Part shown: positions 24,951-33,441 of the stretch, in pieces
Layout: each line of letters opens with the position of its first letter
How positions within the stretch are numbered: position 1 is the stretch's first letter
Assembly: GCA_035577525.1 (NCBI GenBank)
Contig: DATLVL010000323.1
Location: 1 to 39,743, forward strand
DNA length: 39,743 nucleotides
DNA from: Gemmatimonadales bacterium
Lineage (GTDB): Bacteria > Gemmatimonadota > Gemmatimonadetes > Gemmatimonadales > GWC2-71-9
Direction: 5' to 3'
Translations under genes and position numbers: made by a program
Notes under the pieces: generated by a model
The model's database searches: none
What the model was told of the DNA's origin: nothing
Seen by the model: the letters and a program-made list of their open reading frames with translations, nothing else

Positions 24951-26981
24951 CTAGCCACCTCCTGGTGCAGCCGCGCCCTGCGGCCCGAACGGCACGCCAC
25001 CGGGTGGCAGTGTGCCGCCTGGCTGCTGCGCGCCACCAATGACCTGCCCGTACGCCGGCGGACCCACCCCGGCTCCGTTTGGCGCGGCCGCCAGCGCGCC
25101 AAGATCCGGCACGCCGCCAGCACCGGGCCCACCACCTTCGAACACGCCTGGCTGAGGTTGCTGCCCCGGCGGACCACCGGGCGGCAGACCCGCCTGGAGC
25201 TGGCCGCTCAGTGCGAGCTGCTCCGCGTCCTGCGCCTTCTGCAGCATGTCGCCGCGGCCGGCTTCCATGAACACCTCGGCGTCCAGCCACTTCTGGTACG
25301 CCGGGCTGGCGCGGATGCGGTCGCGCGCGATGCTGCGCCGAATCTCGTCGGGGTTGTCGCCCAGGTAGGTGACCGCTTCGTCCTTGCCGAACGTACCCGC
25401 GGCGAGCCGCTCGTGCGCGTAGCGGGCCATGATCATCTCGTCGGTCGGAAGTTGCGCCTGAACTTCCCACTTGATGCGCATGGGTCGCTCGAGGTCCTTG
25501 GGCCCGAAGCCGATGAACTCGGCGACCTGCGTTCCCGAGCCGACATCGACGCCGCCCGAGAACACCCAGACTTTCTCACCCGCGCGTTCGCGGATCAGCG
25601 TCCACAACTTCTCGGTCTGACCCTTGAGCAGGCTCTCGATGCCGTGGCGGACGGGCCCGACGCGGGTCCTCGAGTAGCTGAGCACCTGACTGATAGCGAA
25701 ACCGGCGCCCTCCATACCGCTCAGGGTGGTCACCCTGGGCGACTCGAGGTCGCGGATCGCGCCATCGATCAACGCCATGTGTTTTTCCAGGGTCGCCGCG
25801 TCGGGGTACTGGATGCGCTGCAGCTGGCGACCGGGCGGCAGGTTCAGGATCTCGCCCGGATGCACCGTCGGGTCGGTTTCCTTCGGCTTGCCGTCGTCGC
25901 CGATGATCATCGCCGCGGGCGTGTCGCCGTAGGTCACCAGCGGCGACAGCAGGTCCCTTGCCACGTATTGCGCGTGCATGGCGCGCAGGTACGCGCGGTA
26001 CTGCACCAGCCACAGTTTGGTGCGGCCGATGCCCCAGCCGATTTTGCGGTTGCGCCACCAGTTCATGGTCAAGCCTGGCGCGTAGTCGTAGGGCACGCCG
26101 AACGGGTACTTGTGGCGGAATTGCTTGACGATGTACCCCGTCGGGTCGCCCTTCATGTTCTGGCCACAGATGGCGTACGAGACCCAGGTGTCGTCCCAGT
26201 GCTCCAGGAAGGTCACCGAGCTCAGCATGTTGCGCGACGCCTCGATCAGGTTCTGCGACTGGCCGAGCTCTTCGGGCACGATGTTGCCCTGTGAGTCATA
26301 GCCCAGGCGGTAGCGGCGGAACGCCGATCGCATCGGCATCTGGCTGACCTCGAGCACCTCGCACAGGTAGCCGTTGCTCCACTGCGGGTACACCTTGCGC
26401 GGATCGACATACGACCACACGAACGGCGGCCCCGCGCGCTTCTTGGCCTCTTCGGTGAGCTTGTCGTACGCGGTGTAGTCCGCGGTCGTCGACGACGCGC
26501 TCTTGGCCGGGTCGGGAATGCCGTAGCGCTCCGACCACAGGTCGCTGGCCCACAGGATTTTGGCCCAGCCGCCGCCGTCGTTCAGCGTCGCGTCGGTGAC
26601 CTGGGTCATGGTGTCGGAGCCCGGCTCGCGCGTGCCGCACTCCCACAGCGTCTCTTCGGTGAAGTGCTCGAGCTTGCTGGCCACGGTCTGCGCGGTGTCG
26701 CCTTCGCCGCCGACGATGGCTAACTTGGGGCGCTCGAGCGTCAGGATGGCGGTCTGCTGGAACGCCTCTTCCGTAATGTCCGGGTCGCGCGGGTCGACGT
26801 GGACGAGGACGTAGTCCTTGTCGGCCTCGCTGAGCGCGGGTCGGCGCATCTCGCGCTGCTCGCGGACCAGGTCGATGTCGTTGTCCTGCTGGAGGTATAG
26901 ATCGCCGAGCTCGGTCTGTAGCGACGTGAGGTATTCGCTGTCGGGAGCCTTCAGCTCCTTCTTCGAGCGGTCGATGGCCAC
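24951..26981 (-). CDS. Portal protein
   Basis: 676 aa, the first large ORF after the large terminase. It has a GTG start and a G/P-rich C-terminal tail. Confidence 0.7.
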   Translation of the reverse strand: MAIDRSKKELKAPDSEYLTSLQTELGDLYLQQDNDIDLVREQREMRRPALSEADKDYVLVHVDPRDPDITEEAFQQTAILTLERPKLAIVGGEGDTAQTVASKLEHFTEETLWECGTREPGSDTMTQVTDATLNDGGGWAKILWASDLWSERYGIPDPAKSASSTTADYTAYDKLTEEAKKRAGPPFVWSYVDPRKVYPQWSNGYLCEVLEVSQMPMRSAFRRYRLGYDSQGNIVPEELGQSQNLIEASRNMLSSVTFLEHWDDTWVSYAICGQNMKGDPTGYIVKQFRHKYPFGVPYDYAPGLTMNWWRNRKIGWGIGRTKLWLVQYRAYLRAMHAQYVARDLLSPLVTYGDTPAAMIIGDDGKPKETDPTVHPGEILNLPPGRQLQRIQYPDAATLEKHMALIDGAIRDLESPRVTTLSGMEGAGFAISQVLSYSRTRVGPVRHGIESLLKGQTEKLWTLIRERAGEKVWVFSGGVDVGSGTQVAEFIGFGPKDLERPMRIKWEVQAQLPTDEMIMARYAHERLAAGTFGKDEAVTYLGDNPDEIRRSIARDRIRASPAYQKWLDAEVFMEAGRGDMLQKAQDAEQLALSGQLQAGLPPGGPPGQQPQPGVFEGGGPGAGGVPDLGALAAAPNGAGVGPPAYGQVIGGAQQPGGTLPPGGVPFGPQGAAAPGGG

Positions 26982-27166
26982 GACGCTGCGAGTGTAACGC
27001 TCAGTGTTTCACGGGGATGTTTCACGCCGGCGGCTCATTTAGAATGGCGTCTCCGGCAGTGGCGGCCAGCCTGCACAATCGCCGTGCAGGGTCGGAACAG
27101 GCGGGAAGAAGTTGGAGCAATCCAGACCGGCGATGCCTGCGGCCTACTGACGGAGCGGCCGCCACA

Positions 27167-28450
27167 TCATCGCCTGCCGGCCGCGAAGCGGTACGCGCTG
27201 CGCCCGTGGGGTGCGGACTCGAGCCCTTCGCCGAGGTGCGCCAGTGCGAGCGCGATGACCGTGTCGTCGTGCAATCCCGACGGTGCGGAGTAGCGCACCA
27301 TACCCGTCACGGTCACGCTGCTCTCAAAGGCCAGCAGCTCGGCGGTCTGCACCTGGTCGTCCAGCAGCGTCAATTGCCCCTGCTCGATGGCCAATGCCAG
27401 GCTCTGAATGACCGCGGCCTTCGACGCATTCGTCGCGGTCCACGCGTAGATCGGCAGCGCCGCGCGCGGTCTGCCCACCAGGCGCCCGTAGCCGGTCTGC
27501 AAGCGCTCGACGAGCGGTCCGCCCATCGAGTTGGACTCGGCCACGATCTGCAGCGGGTGGTACAGCTCGGCCCAGCGGTGCAGCCGTTCGGACTGGTACT
27601 CGAAGTCGATGTTCGAAAAGCGGTCCAGCGCGACCTGCTCGCCGACGCTGACGTCGATGACGCTGATGGCCGTGAAGTCGTTGCTGCGACCCCAGTCAAC
27701 GCCGAAGACGTACTGATGCCCGCGCTGGGGTGGTGTTGGCTGCAACCGAGCGACGGCCTGCACGCCGCGGAAGACGCCGTCGCCCTCGAGCTGGACGAAC
27801 TGGGCCAGGTACTCCTGGGCAAAGGCCCGCTCCGGTAGCTCGTGCCGTGCGGCTTCGATCTCCTCCGCGCCGATGTAGGGATTGACGCTGGTCGGCATCT
27901 GCCACGATCGCCACGCCGGCTCGAGTGGGTCCTGGCCGAACTGGTAGACCTGGTGGAAATCGTTGAGTCCGCGGGGTGTCGACAGGAACCACGCGTCGCC
28001 GGCGAAATCCGCGAGGGTCGGGCGGATGGCGAGCTGCCAGATGTCCAGCAGGTTCGACACCATCGCGGCTTCGTCGACCACCACGCGCGCATACTTCCGA
28101 CCGCGGGCCGGGTTCGGGTCGTCCAGCGACCAGAGCTCGATCACACCCCGCGTCGCGAGCTCGAGTCGGTGGTCCTGCTCGGACTTGCTGCGCGTGATCG
28201 GTTCGACCGTGGTGCGCAGCTCGCGCCAGAACTCGCCGAGCAGTTTGTAGCTGGGGGCGAAGTAGCCGGCTGGCCGACCCGCGAGCGCCGCCACAATCAA
28301 CTGGTGCTGGCCGAGCGTGGACTTGCCCGAGCGACGGCCGCACGCGAGCACCGAAAAGCGCGCTCGAGCATCCATCACGTCGCGCTGCCAGTCGAGTGGC
28401 CGCGGCAGGGTGATGGTGACGTTAGTCGGCGTGGCCGTTGCCACGCTCAT
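27167..28450 (-). CDS. terL: Terminase large subunit
   Basis: Walker A ACGRRSGKST, Walker B VVVDEAA, and a RNaseH-like nuclease half (FGVDWGRSNDFT ... GLHDD). Confidence 0.9.
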   Translation of the reverse strand: MSVATATPTNVTITLPRPLDWQRDVMDARARFSVLACGRRSGKSTLGQHQLIVAALAGRPAGYFAPSYKLLGEFWRELRTTVEPITRSKSEQDHRLELATRGVIELWSLDDPNPARGRKYARVVVDEAAMVSNLLDIWQLAIRPTLADFAGDAWFLSTPRGLNDFHQVYQFGQDPLEPAWRSWQMPTSVNPYIGAEEIEAARHELPERAFAQEYLAQFVQLEGDGVFRGVQAVARLQPTPPQRGHQYVFGVDWGRSNDFTAISVIDVSVGEQVALDRFSNIDFEYQSERLHRWAELYHPLQIVAESNSMGGPLVERLQTGYGRLVGRPRAALPIYAWTATNASKAAVIQSLALAIEQGQLTLLDDQVQTAELLAFESSVTVTGMVRYSAPSGLHDDTVIALALAHLGEGLESAPHGRSAYRFAAGRR

Positions 28451-28802
28451 CCGCCAGTCGCATCAGGGGTGTCGCGACGTCGGCGTATTCGACGCGGATC
28501 GTCGTGTCGCCGCTGGTCTCGAGCTTCTCGGGCAGTTTGTAGCCGGTGCGGTCCAGCAGATCGCGAATGGCCGACAGTCGGACCGAGTCGGAATCGGCTT
28601 TGTGGATGAGCTCCGCGAGCCCCGAGATGGCCGGGTGGACCATCGCACGCAAGCGTTCCTCCGCGGTCTTGATGTTCTGTGGCGCCATCCCGCCGTGCAT
28701 GCGGCAGACGGTCTGGCCGCGCATCGGCGAGATCTTGCAGGGATAGCCGCCGCGGGTCTTCCGTCCGCAAATCCGCCTCTGCATGGGGTTTGCCTCATGC
28801 AT
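28422..28802 (-). CDS. Terminase small subunit candidate
   Basis: 126 aa directly upstream of and overlapping terL. The N-terminal CGRKTRGGYPC...CRMHGG motif recurs in phage small-terminase-position proteins. Confidence 0.5.
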   Translation of the reverse strand: MHEANPMQRRICGRKTRGGYPCKISPMRGQTVCRMHGGMAPQNIKTAEERLRAMVHPAISGLAELIHKADSDSVRLSAIRDLLDRTGYKLPEKLETSGDTTIRVEYADVATPLMRLADERGNGHAD

Positions 28803-28957
28803 GGGGCATCATTTCGCTAGGCGTCAGGGCGCGCAGAATCGCACGCCGGTGGGCTCGCAGACATGGCCAGCGGACACCGCAGGACCGACAGAACAGTCCC
28901 CACTTTTCACGCGTCGGTTGATGCGCTGGGACCGATCCCAAAATTGTTAAATCAGCG

Positions 28958-28989
28958 CCGCCGGTGGGCTGGTGAAGCCCATCCGGCGG
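28958..28989 (-). terminator. Hairpin (7 bp + bulge + 4 bp, 7-nt loop) followed on the minus strand by a T-rich tract. It separates the early and late operons.
   Basis: ccgccgg-t-gggc / tggtgaa / gccc-at-ccggcgg. The minus-strand downstream sequence is GATTTAACAATTTTGG. It lies in a 237-bp AT-richer intergenic gap. Confidence 0.4.
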
Positions 28990-29039
28990 GCCTAAAACAA
29001 CGCGCCGCGACGCTGCGGGGGGGCTCGCGTCGGGTGCGT

Positions 29040-29819
29040 TCATGCGTGTTTCTGCTCGTCCGGCAGCGACTGGAGACGCTGATGCATGGCAGCAAATTGG
29101 GCCGCCACATCGGGCGGCGGGGCTTCGGCCGGGTCACGCCGATGGCCGAACAGATTACCCGGGGTAGCCTCGGCGTTGACTTTGTGCCTCGCCGCGGTGT
29201 GCTCGAGATACGGCCCGGTGTACGGCAAGCGGCAGATCGGACACTCTGCCCCGTCGTGGTGCAGCGTCACTGGCGAATCGGCGACGGCGCGGGGCGCAGC
29301 CCCATCAGCGCCAGTCGCCGCGGTAAGGGGGGTTTCGGGGGATCCGGGGACGGCCGGAGGCCGTCCGGATTGGATGGGGTTGGATTGGTCGCGCGCGGGA
29401 GTTGTGTGACTCCGGCGTGACTCCGGCCGGACATCCGGGTGTGACTCCGGCCGGACATCGTGCTCCGCGTCCGGCGTGACATGCCCGTTGTGTCCGGCCG
29501 GAGTCCGGCGTGACATGCGCTTCCGGTCGGCCGCCGCGGCGCGGTCGGCCAGGACCTGCGCGCGGCTGCGGTTCCACTGCAGATAGTCGTGCACGCGGAA
29601 GCCGCCTTCCACCGGCTCCCATAACTTGCGCTCCGTCAGCATGCGCACCGCGGTCGTCCAGCCGCGGATGCCCCGCACCACCGCTTGCGGGATGAAGCCG
29701 TCCGTCATGTGCGCGCTGCAGTAGCTCAAGCCGATGGCGTACAGACCGACCCCGGGCAGCGGCGTCTCGAGCACCTTCGGATTGTCGTGGAAGTGGTCGT
29801 CGAGATTCGCCCACGGCAT
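29040..29819 (-). CDS. Putative replication organiser/initiator-like DNA-binding protein with a C-terminal C2H2-type zinc finger
   Basis: 259 aa with GGGAGG 7 nt upstream. The N-terminus MPWANLDDHFHDNPK...GLYAIGLSYC...TDGFIP...LWEPVEGGFRVHDYLQWN resembles phage replisome-organiser-type winged-helix N-domains. CPICRLPYTGPYLEHTAARH is present, and iteron-like repeats lie inside the gene. Confidence 0.45.
   Translation of the reverse strand: MPWANLDDHFHDNPKVLETPLPGVGLYAIGLSYCSAHMTDGFIPQAVVRGIRGWTTAVRMLTERKLWEPVEGGFRVHDYLQWNRSRAQVLADRAAAADRKRMSRRTPAGHNGHVTPDAEHDVRPESHPDVRPESRRSHTTPARDQSNPIQSGRPPAVPGSPETPLTAATGADGAAPRAVADSPVTLHHDGAECPICRLPYTGPYLEHTAARHKVNAEATPGNLFGHRRDPAEAPPPDVAAQFAAMHQRLQSLPDEQKHA
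29406..29518. repeat. Iteron-like repeat cluster
   Basis: GTGACTCCGG x3 (29406, 29417, 29441). The 19-mer gtgactccggccggacatc x2 (29417-29435, 29441-29459). One inverted 16-mer (29490-29505). TCCGGCGTGAC x3 (29411, 29470, 29504). Confidence 0.85.
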
Positions 29820-29820
29820 C

Positions 29821-30126
29821 TCAGCGCCTCCCGTACATCAATTCGTAAAACGTGCGCCAGTCATCCGGCAGCGCCACACCGCGGGCCCGGTCGCGGCGTT
29901 CCTCCAGCCACGCCTGGGCTTCGGCCAGCGTGCGCGTAATCGGCTTTACCCGCCGATTGCAATGGGCGCACATCAGCACCAGATTGCTGAGCGTGTTGTC
30001 GCCGCCGACGCAGCGGTCTACCAGGTGGCCGGCGTCCCAGCGCCGACCGACCGGCAGCAGGCACACCTGACACAACCCCCCGTCGCGGTCATAGACCATC
30101 CTGCGCAGCGACAACCAGCCCATCAT
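29821..30126 (-). CDS. HNH endonuclease
   Basis: 101 aa with CQVC...GHLVDRCVGGDNTLSNLVLMCAHCN, the classic HNH/zinc arrangement. Confidence 0.85.
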   Translation of the reverse strand: MMGWLSLRRMVYDRDGGLCQVCLLPVGRRWDAGHLVDRCVGGDNTLSNLVLMCAHCNRRVKPITRTLAEAQAWLEERRDRARGVALPDDWRTFYELMYGRR

Positions 30127-30140
30127 GGATGGTCCGCGAG

Positions 30141-30449
30141 CTAGTCCTGCTCGCCCTCGGTGGGCTGCGCCTGAGTGCCGCGCCGACGCCGACCGGCGGC
30201 TGGGAGCGTGACCGAATCAGTCGACGTGCCATTGGTTTCGGGAGCCCTGGCGATGGCCATTTCGAGCGGCGTGGCCGCGGGCGCGGCGCGCGCGATGACA
30301 ACGCCGACCTGCTCGTCCAGCAGCTCGATCAGCGAGTCGACCGGGATATCGTGAAACTCGAGCAGGACCCGCACGACGGTCCGCACGTCGTCGGCGCGCG
30401 AGGGTGTGGCGCGCACGCTGGCGAGTCTGCCGCACATCGGTTGAAGCAT
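30141..30449 (-). CDS. Hypothetical protein (102 aa)
   Basis: I prefer the ATG at 30449, preceded by AAGGAG at 8-nt spacing. The track ORF extends to 30548 but would overlap the upstream gene. Confidence 0.55.
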   Translation of the reverse strand: MLQPMCGRLASVRATPSRADDVRTVVRVLLEFHDIPVDSLIELLDEQVGVVIARAAPAATPLEMAIARAPETNGTSTDSVTLPAAGRRRRGTQAQPTEGEQD

Positions 30450-30471
30450 AGGGATGACTCCTTTCGGGCGT

Positions 30472-30708
30472 TTAGCTGGCCCAGTAGCGACGCAGGATGC
30501 GCTCGGTGGTCGAGCGATTGCGTCGTAAACCCACTGCGCGTTCCGCATCAGTCATCAAGAACGTGGCGAGGGTGTCGCGGCTGATGGCCGACAGGTCGCA
30601 CACGGACCGCACGCCATTGACGTGCTGCACCGACAGGAACGCCGCGTTGTGCGTCGTTCCGAATTTCGCCAGGTCCGGCTCGAGCTCCACCAGCAGGAAA
30701 CGACCCAT
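30472..30708 (-). CDS. Hypothetical protein (78 aa, MGRFLLVELEPDLAKF...)
   Basis: An internal ATG at 30708 is coupled by TGATG to the upstream gene stop. The longer track ORF (to 30843) is Arg-rich and overlaps. Confidence 0.5.
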   Translation of the reverse strand: MGRFLLVELEPDLAKFGTTHNAAFLSVQHVNGVRSVCDLSAISRDTLATFLMTDAERAVGLRRNRSTTERILRRYWAS

Positions 30709-30968
30709 CAGTGTTTCCGTCCCGGACGATCTCTGCAGGTGCGCCAATGACTGGTTCCTGTGCGCTCGCCGTCGGGCTTGATGTCGAACGGACAGCGTTT
30801 TCCGTTCGCGCGCGTGATCCCCCACCAGATCGGTGCGGCACATTTACTCTGGTTGCAGCGCCGCGTGGGCGCCTCGGCGTCGCTCAGGATGCGCAGCGCG
30901 TCGTTCGGAAACACGCGCCAGGCGTACTCGCGTTCGGTCTCGCCCGGGATTGTCTGCGGCAGTGGCAT
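30708..30968 (-). CDS. Small Cys/His zinc-binding-like protein (86 aa)
   Basis: RRCNQSKCAAPIWW...GKRCPFD...HWRTC. It starts 2 nt after the recT stop. Confidence 0.6.
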   Translation of the reverse strand: MPLPQTIPGETEREYAWRVFPNDALRILSDAEAPTRRCNQSKCAAPIWWGITRANGKRCPFDIKPDGERTGTSHWRTCRDRPGRKH

Positions 30969-30970
30969 GC

Positions 30971-31831
30971 CTACACCGCCGCCTCCTCTTTATCGAGCTG
31001 CTCCTGGCGCTCGGAGATGGCCGTGACCAGCTCGTTGCCGCGGCGTTTCAACTCGGCCCGCTCGATCGGCAGCTCGAGCTTGGGCGGGCTCAGTCCAATG
31101 TCGTCCGCGTCCACCACCAGCTCGAGCCAGCGCTGCCAGATCCGTTCGGTTGGCTCGCGCACCAGGTCGCGGTCGGACACCTCGCGCACGTCCGTCGGCA
31201 CGTACGCCTCCTGCACGTCGACGACCGGCGCGCCCTCGTCCACCAGCTCGACATCCGCCAGCTGCTCGGGGAACGCCAGACGCAGGGCCTGCGCGAGCGC
31301 GCATTTGGAAAGCATCCTCCTCGGCATCTTGCGCCACATGCGGCCGACCTCGCCGTCGCCCGGATAGAACTCCGCCCAGTCGGCCGTGCCGCGGAAGGGC
31401 CGCGTCACCGGATGGTCCCAGGGGCCGACCATCTTCCACACCGTCACCTCGGCGTGCATCGGCACATCGATCTCACGCTGGCCTTCCTTCACGGTGAGCA
31501 CGCCGCGGAACTCGGGCGCGTCCGCGCCGCCAAAACGCTGGGTGCGATCGGCCATCGCCGAGAACCCGTCGATCGACGTCGTAAACGTCCACTTGCCGCC
31601 GCGCGGAATCCAGAAGCACTGCCGCTTACGCGGGTCCAATCCGCGCGCTTTAGCCTGGACGCAGAAGCGCAGCAGACCCGCGTTGTCGGCATTCGCCGCC
31701 ACGCCGCCTTCGCCGCGCATCTCGGCCAATTCGACGATGTTGAAGCCGGTCAGCTCGACCAGGTCCTGCACCGAGATGCTCTGCTTTTCGAGCCCAACGT
31801 CCGCCGTCAGCGGCTTGATCGCTTGTGTCAT
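30971..31831 (-). CDS. recT: RecT/Bet-family single-strand annealing protein
   Basis: LLRFCVQAKARGLDP...IDGFSAMADR...WAEY...MWRKMPRRMLSKCALAQALRLAFPE matches the RecT family pattern. The ATG at 31831 (MTQAIK) has an ATGA overlap and GGAGG upstream. Confidence 0.8.
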   Translation of the reverse strand: MTQAIKPLTADVGLEKQSISVQDLVELTGFNIVELAEMRGEGGVAANADNAGLLRFCVQAKARGLDPRKRQCFWIPRGGKWTFTTSIDGFSAMADRTQRFGGADAPEFRGVLTVKEGQREIDVPMHAEVTVWKMVGPWDHPVTRPFRGTADWAEFYPGDGEVGRMWRKMPRRMLSKCALAQALRLAFPEQLADVELVDEGAPVVDVQEAYVPTDVREVSDRDLVREPTERIWQRWLELVVDADDIGLSPPKLELPIERAELKRRGNELVTAISERQEQLDKEEAAV

Positions 31832-32454
31832 GCCACCTCCATGCATGATTGGTGATGGATCACGTCGAGCCAGCGATTGAGACGCGACCAGTTCTGGTCG
31901 GGTCCGTATTTCAGGTAGGTGCCGTCGGCCGAATCGAAAAGCGAAACCATCATCGTGACCAACCTCCGCTCACTGTTGACGCGGCCCTGGTGCGTTGGCT
32001 TGCCGTGCGAACGCGCCCAGCGTGCAGATGCATAGCCCCCATCCTCGGCGAACTTCCACTCGTCGCGGCCGCCGATGAACAGCACGTCGAAGGTGTCCGG
32101 GTTCGGAAACGCATCGTGAAAGCCGTCCTGGGCGACGAACGCCGCGCGGTAGCCGAGTTGGCGAATCGTTTCGAGGTAGGGCATCGACAGTTGCAGCGTG
32201 GCCACGGCGTCGCCGACCACGTCTGGCGCCACGGCGAACAGGCAGTTCTGGCGATAACGGCGGAGGCCAGCCAGCCACTCGAGCCAGTCGCCAGCGTTCC
32301 ATTCGTCAGGCTTGGCGAAGCGTCCGTTGTCGCAGGCGAACTTCCAGAACGGGAACGCCCGCGAGTCATTGCCCATGCCCGGCTGATACATCAGGCCGAG
32401 TTCGGGCCGAGGGTTGGCCAGCAACGTCTGGGTCATCACGCCGCTCAGGTACAT
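31828..32454 (-). CDS. Minimal TGT/DpdA-like (queuine/DNA-guanine transglycosylase-like) barrel protein, tentative
   Basis: 208 aa from the ATG at 32454 (TGATG coupling). Five ordered motifs resemble TGT: CDNG, APDVVGD, VAQDG, FIGG, SLFDSADG. There is no zinc-site Cys cluster. Confidence 0.4.
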   Translation of the reverse strand: MYLSGVMTQTLLANPRPELGLMYQPGMGNDSRAFPFWKFACDNGRFAKPDEWNAGDWLEWLAGLRRYRQNCLFAVAPDVVGDAVATLQLSMPYLETIRQLGYRAAFVAQDGFHDAFPNPDTFDVLFIGGRDEWKFAEDGGYASARWARSHGKPTHQGRVNSERRLVTMMVSLFDSADGTYLKYGPDQNWSRLNRWLDVIHHQSCMEVA

Positions 32455-32675
32455 CACCGCGCCACAAAACCGAAGGTGCCATCGGCCTTCTTGCAGTAGG
32501 TGCCGAAGTACGGCTGACCGCAGTTCGCGTCGGCATATACGCCAATCTGCGTTTTCCAGAGCACATCCCACGCCGCACGATCGGCATACGTGGACCACTT
32601 CCAACTCCCGTCCCACGGGTTGCTGGTCTGAGCGAACAGCACGAGCGCGAGGAGCATCGTCACCAGCGTCGCCAC
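32454..32675 (-). CDS. Small secreted or membrane-anchored protein (73 aa, Trp-rich, 2 Cys)
   Basis: N-terminal hydrophobic segment MATLVTMLLALVLFAQT followed by a W-rich mature part. Confidence 0.55.
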   Translation of the reverse strand: MATLVTMLLALVLFAQTSNPWDGSWKWSTYADRAAWDVLWKTQIGVYADANCGQPYFGTYCKKADGTFGFVAR

Positions 32676-32955
32676 CAGCGCCGCAGCCGCATCAGCCAGT
32701 ACAGCAGCGGCCGCTTGCGCGCCTGTGGCCGCGGCGCGAAGTCCTCGTGCAGATAGAGCACCGACCGCGACAGGCGCATCAGAACAACCTCATCCAGCGC
32801 GCAACGGCCATGCACACGCACACCGTCGCCGCCAGCCAGCCCACCACCAGCAGCACGTCAGTGTCCGTCACGGCCGCCACCCGCGCCCATCGCGGCGCCA
32901 AACAGCAGTGCCACCAGCAATCCGAACAGCAGCCATATCGTCAGGATCTGCAGCG

Positions 32956-33441
32956 CTAACACAAGCCCCTCAACACCGGCACCCACTCGCGCGCGCGCCC
33001 CTGGTTCAGCATCCAGCGCGCCGCGTTGCGCGCCGCCACCGCGTCGAAGGGGGAGAGCCCAGCCCGTCCCTGCGGGGTCGTGCGCCACGTCGACGGCAGG
33101 AACTGGAAGAGTCCACTGGCGCCGCTCGAGCGGTTGACCGCGCCGGCGTAGCCACGCGACTCGTACGCCTGGATGCAGTCGAGCCGCGCCTCGATCGCTG
33201 CATTCAGCGGCGGCGGCAGGACCAGCGGGCGCGGCCGCTCGAGCTCGCCGACGGCGTACAAATACGACCGCGGGCTGAGTCCCGTGGCATTCGCCGCGCC
33301 GAGCAGGTCGACCTGGTCCACGCCGGCTTCATCGGCCAGCGCGACCACGTCGTCCGGGTCGGGGTCGGCCGCCGCGGCCGGTCGGGCCAGACCGAGCAGC
33401 GAGCTGAGCACCATGACGCTGGCCACCAGGTGCCGCGCCAT
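32956..33441 (-). CDS. Secreted lysozyme-like (Rpf/transglycosylase-like) protein
   Basis: Signal peptide MARHLVASVMVLSSLLGLARPAAAA, then CIQAYESRGYAGAVNRSSGASGLFQFLPSTW, which fits the transglycosylase-like pattern C-x-x-x-ES...G-L-x-QF...STW. Confidence 0.65.
   Translation of the reverse strand: MARHLVASVMVLSSLLGLARPAAAADPDPDDVVALADEAGVDQVDLLGAANATGLSPRSYLYAVGELERPRPLVLPPPLNAAIEARLDCIQAYESRGYAGAVNRSSGASGLFQFLPSTWRTTPQGRAGLSPFDAVAARNAARWMLNQGRAREWVPVLRGLC

Noticed and set aside
24811-25470. 219-aa minus-strand ORF overlapping the portal 3' end
   Set aside because: It is out of frame with the portal and Arg/Gly/Ala-rich. Only its last 45 codons, after the portal stop and an AGGAGGTG site, look like a real gene.
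31828-32454. 208-aa ORF as the exonuclease partner of RecT (lambda Exo/YqaJ PD-(D/E)XK)
   Set aside because: An A-x-PD motif is present (AVAPDVVGD), but the following E-x-K is replaced by Q-L-S. The overall motif order fits a TGT-like barrel better. This remains a formal alternative.
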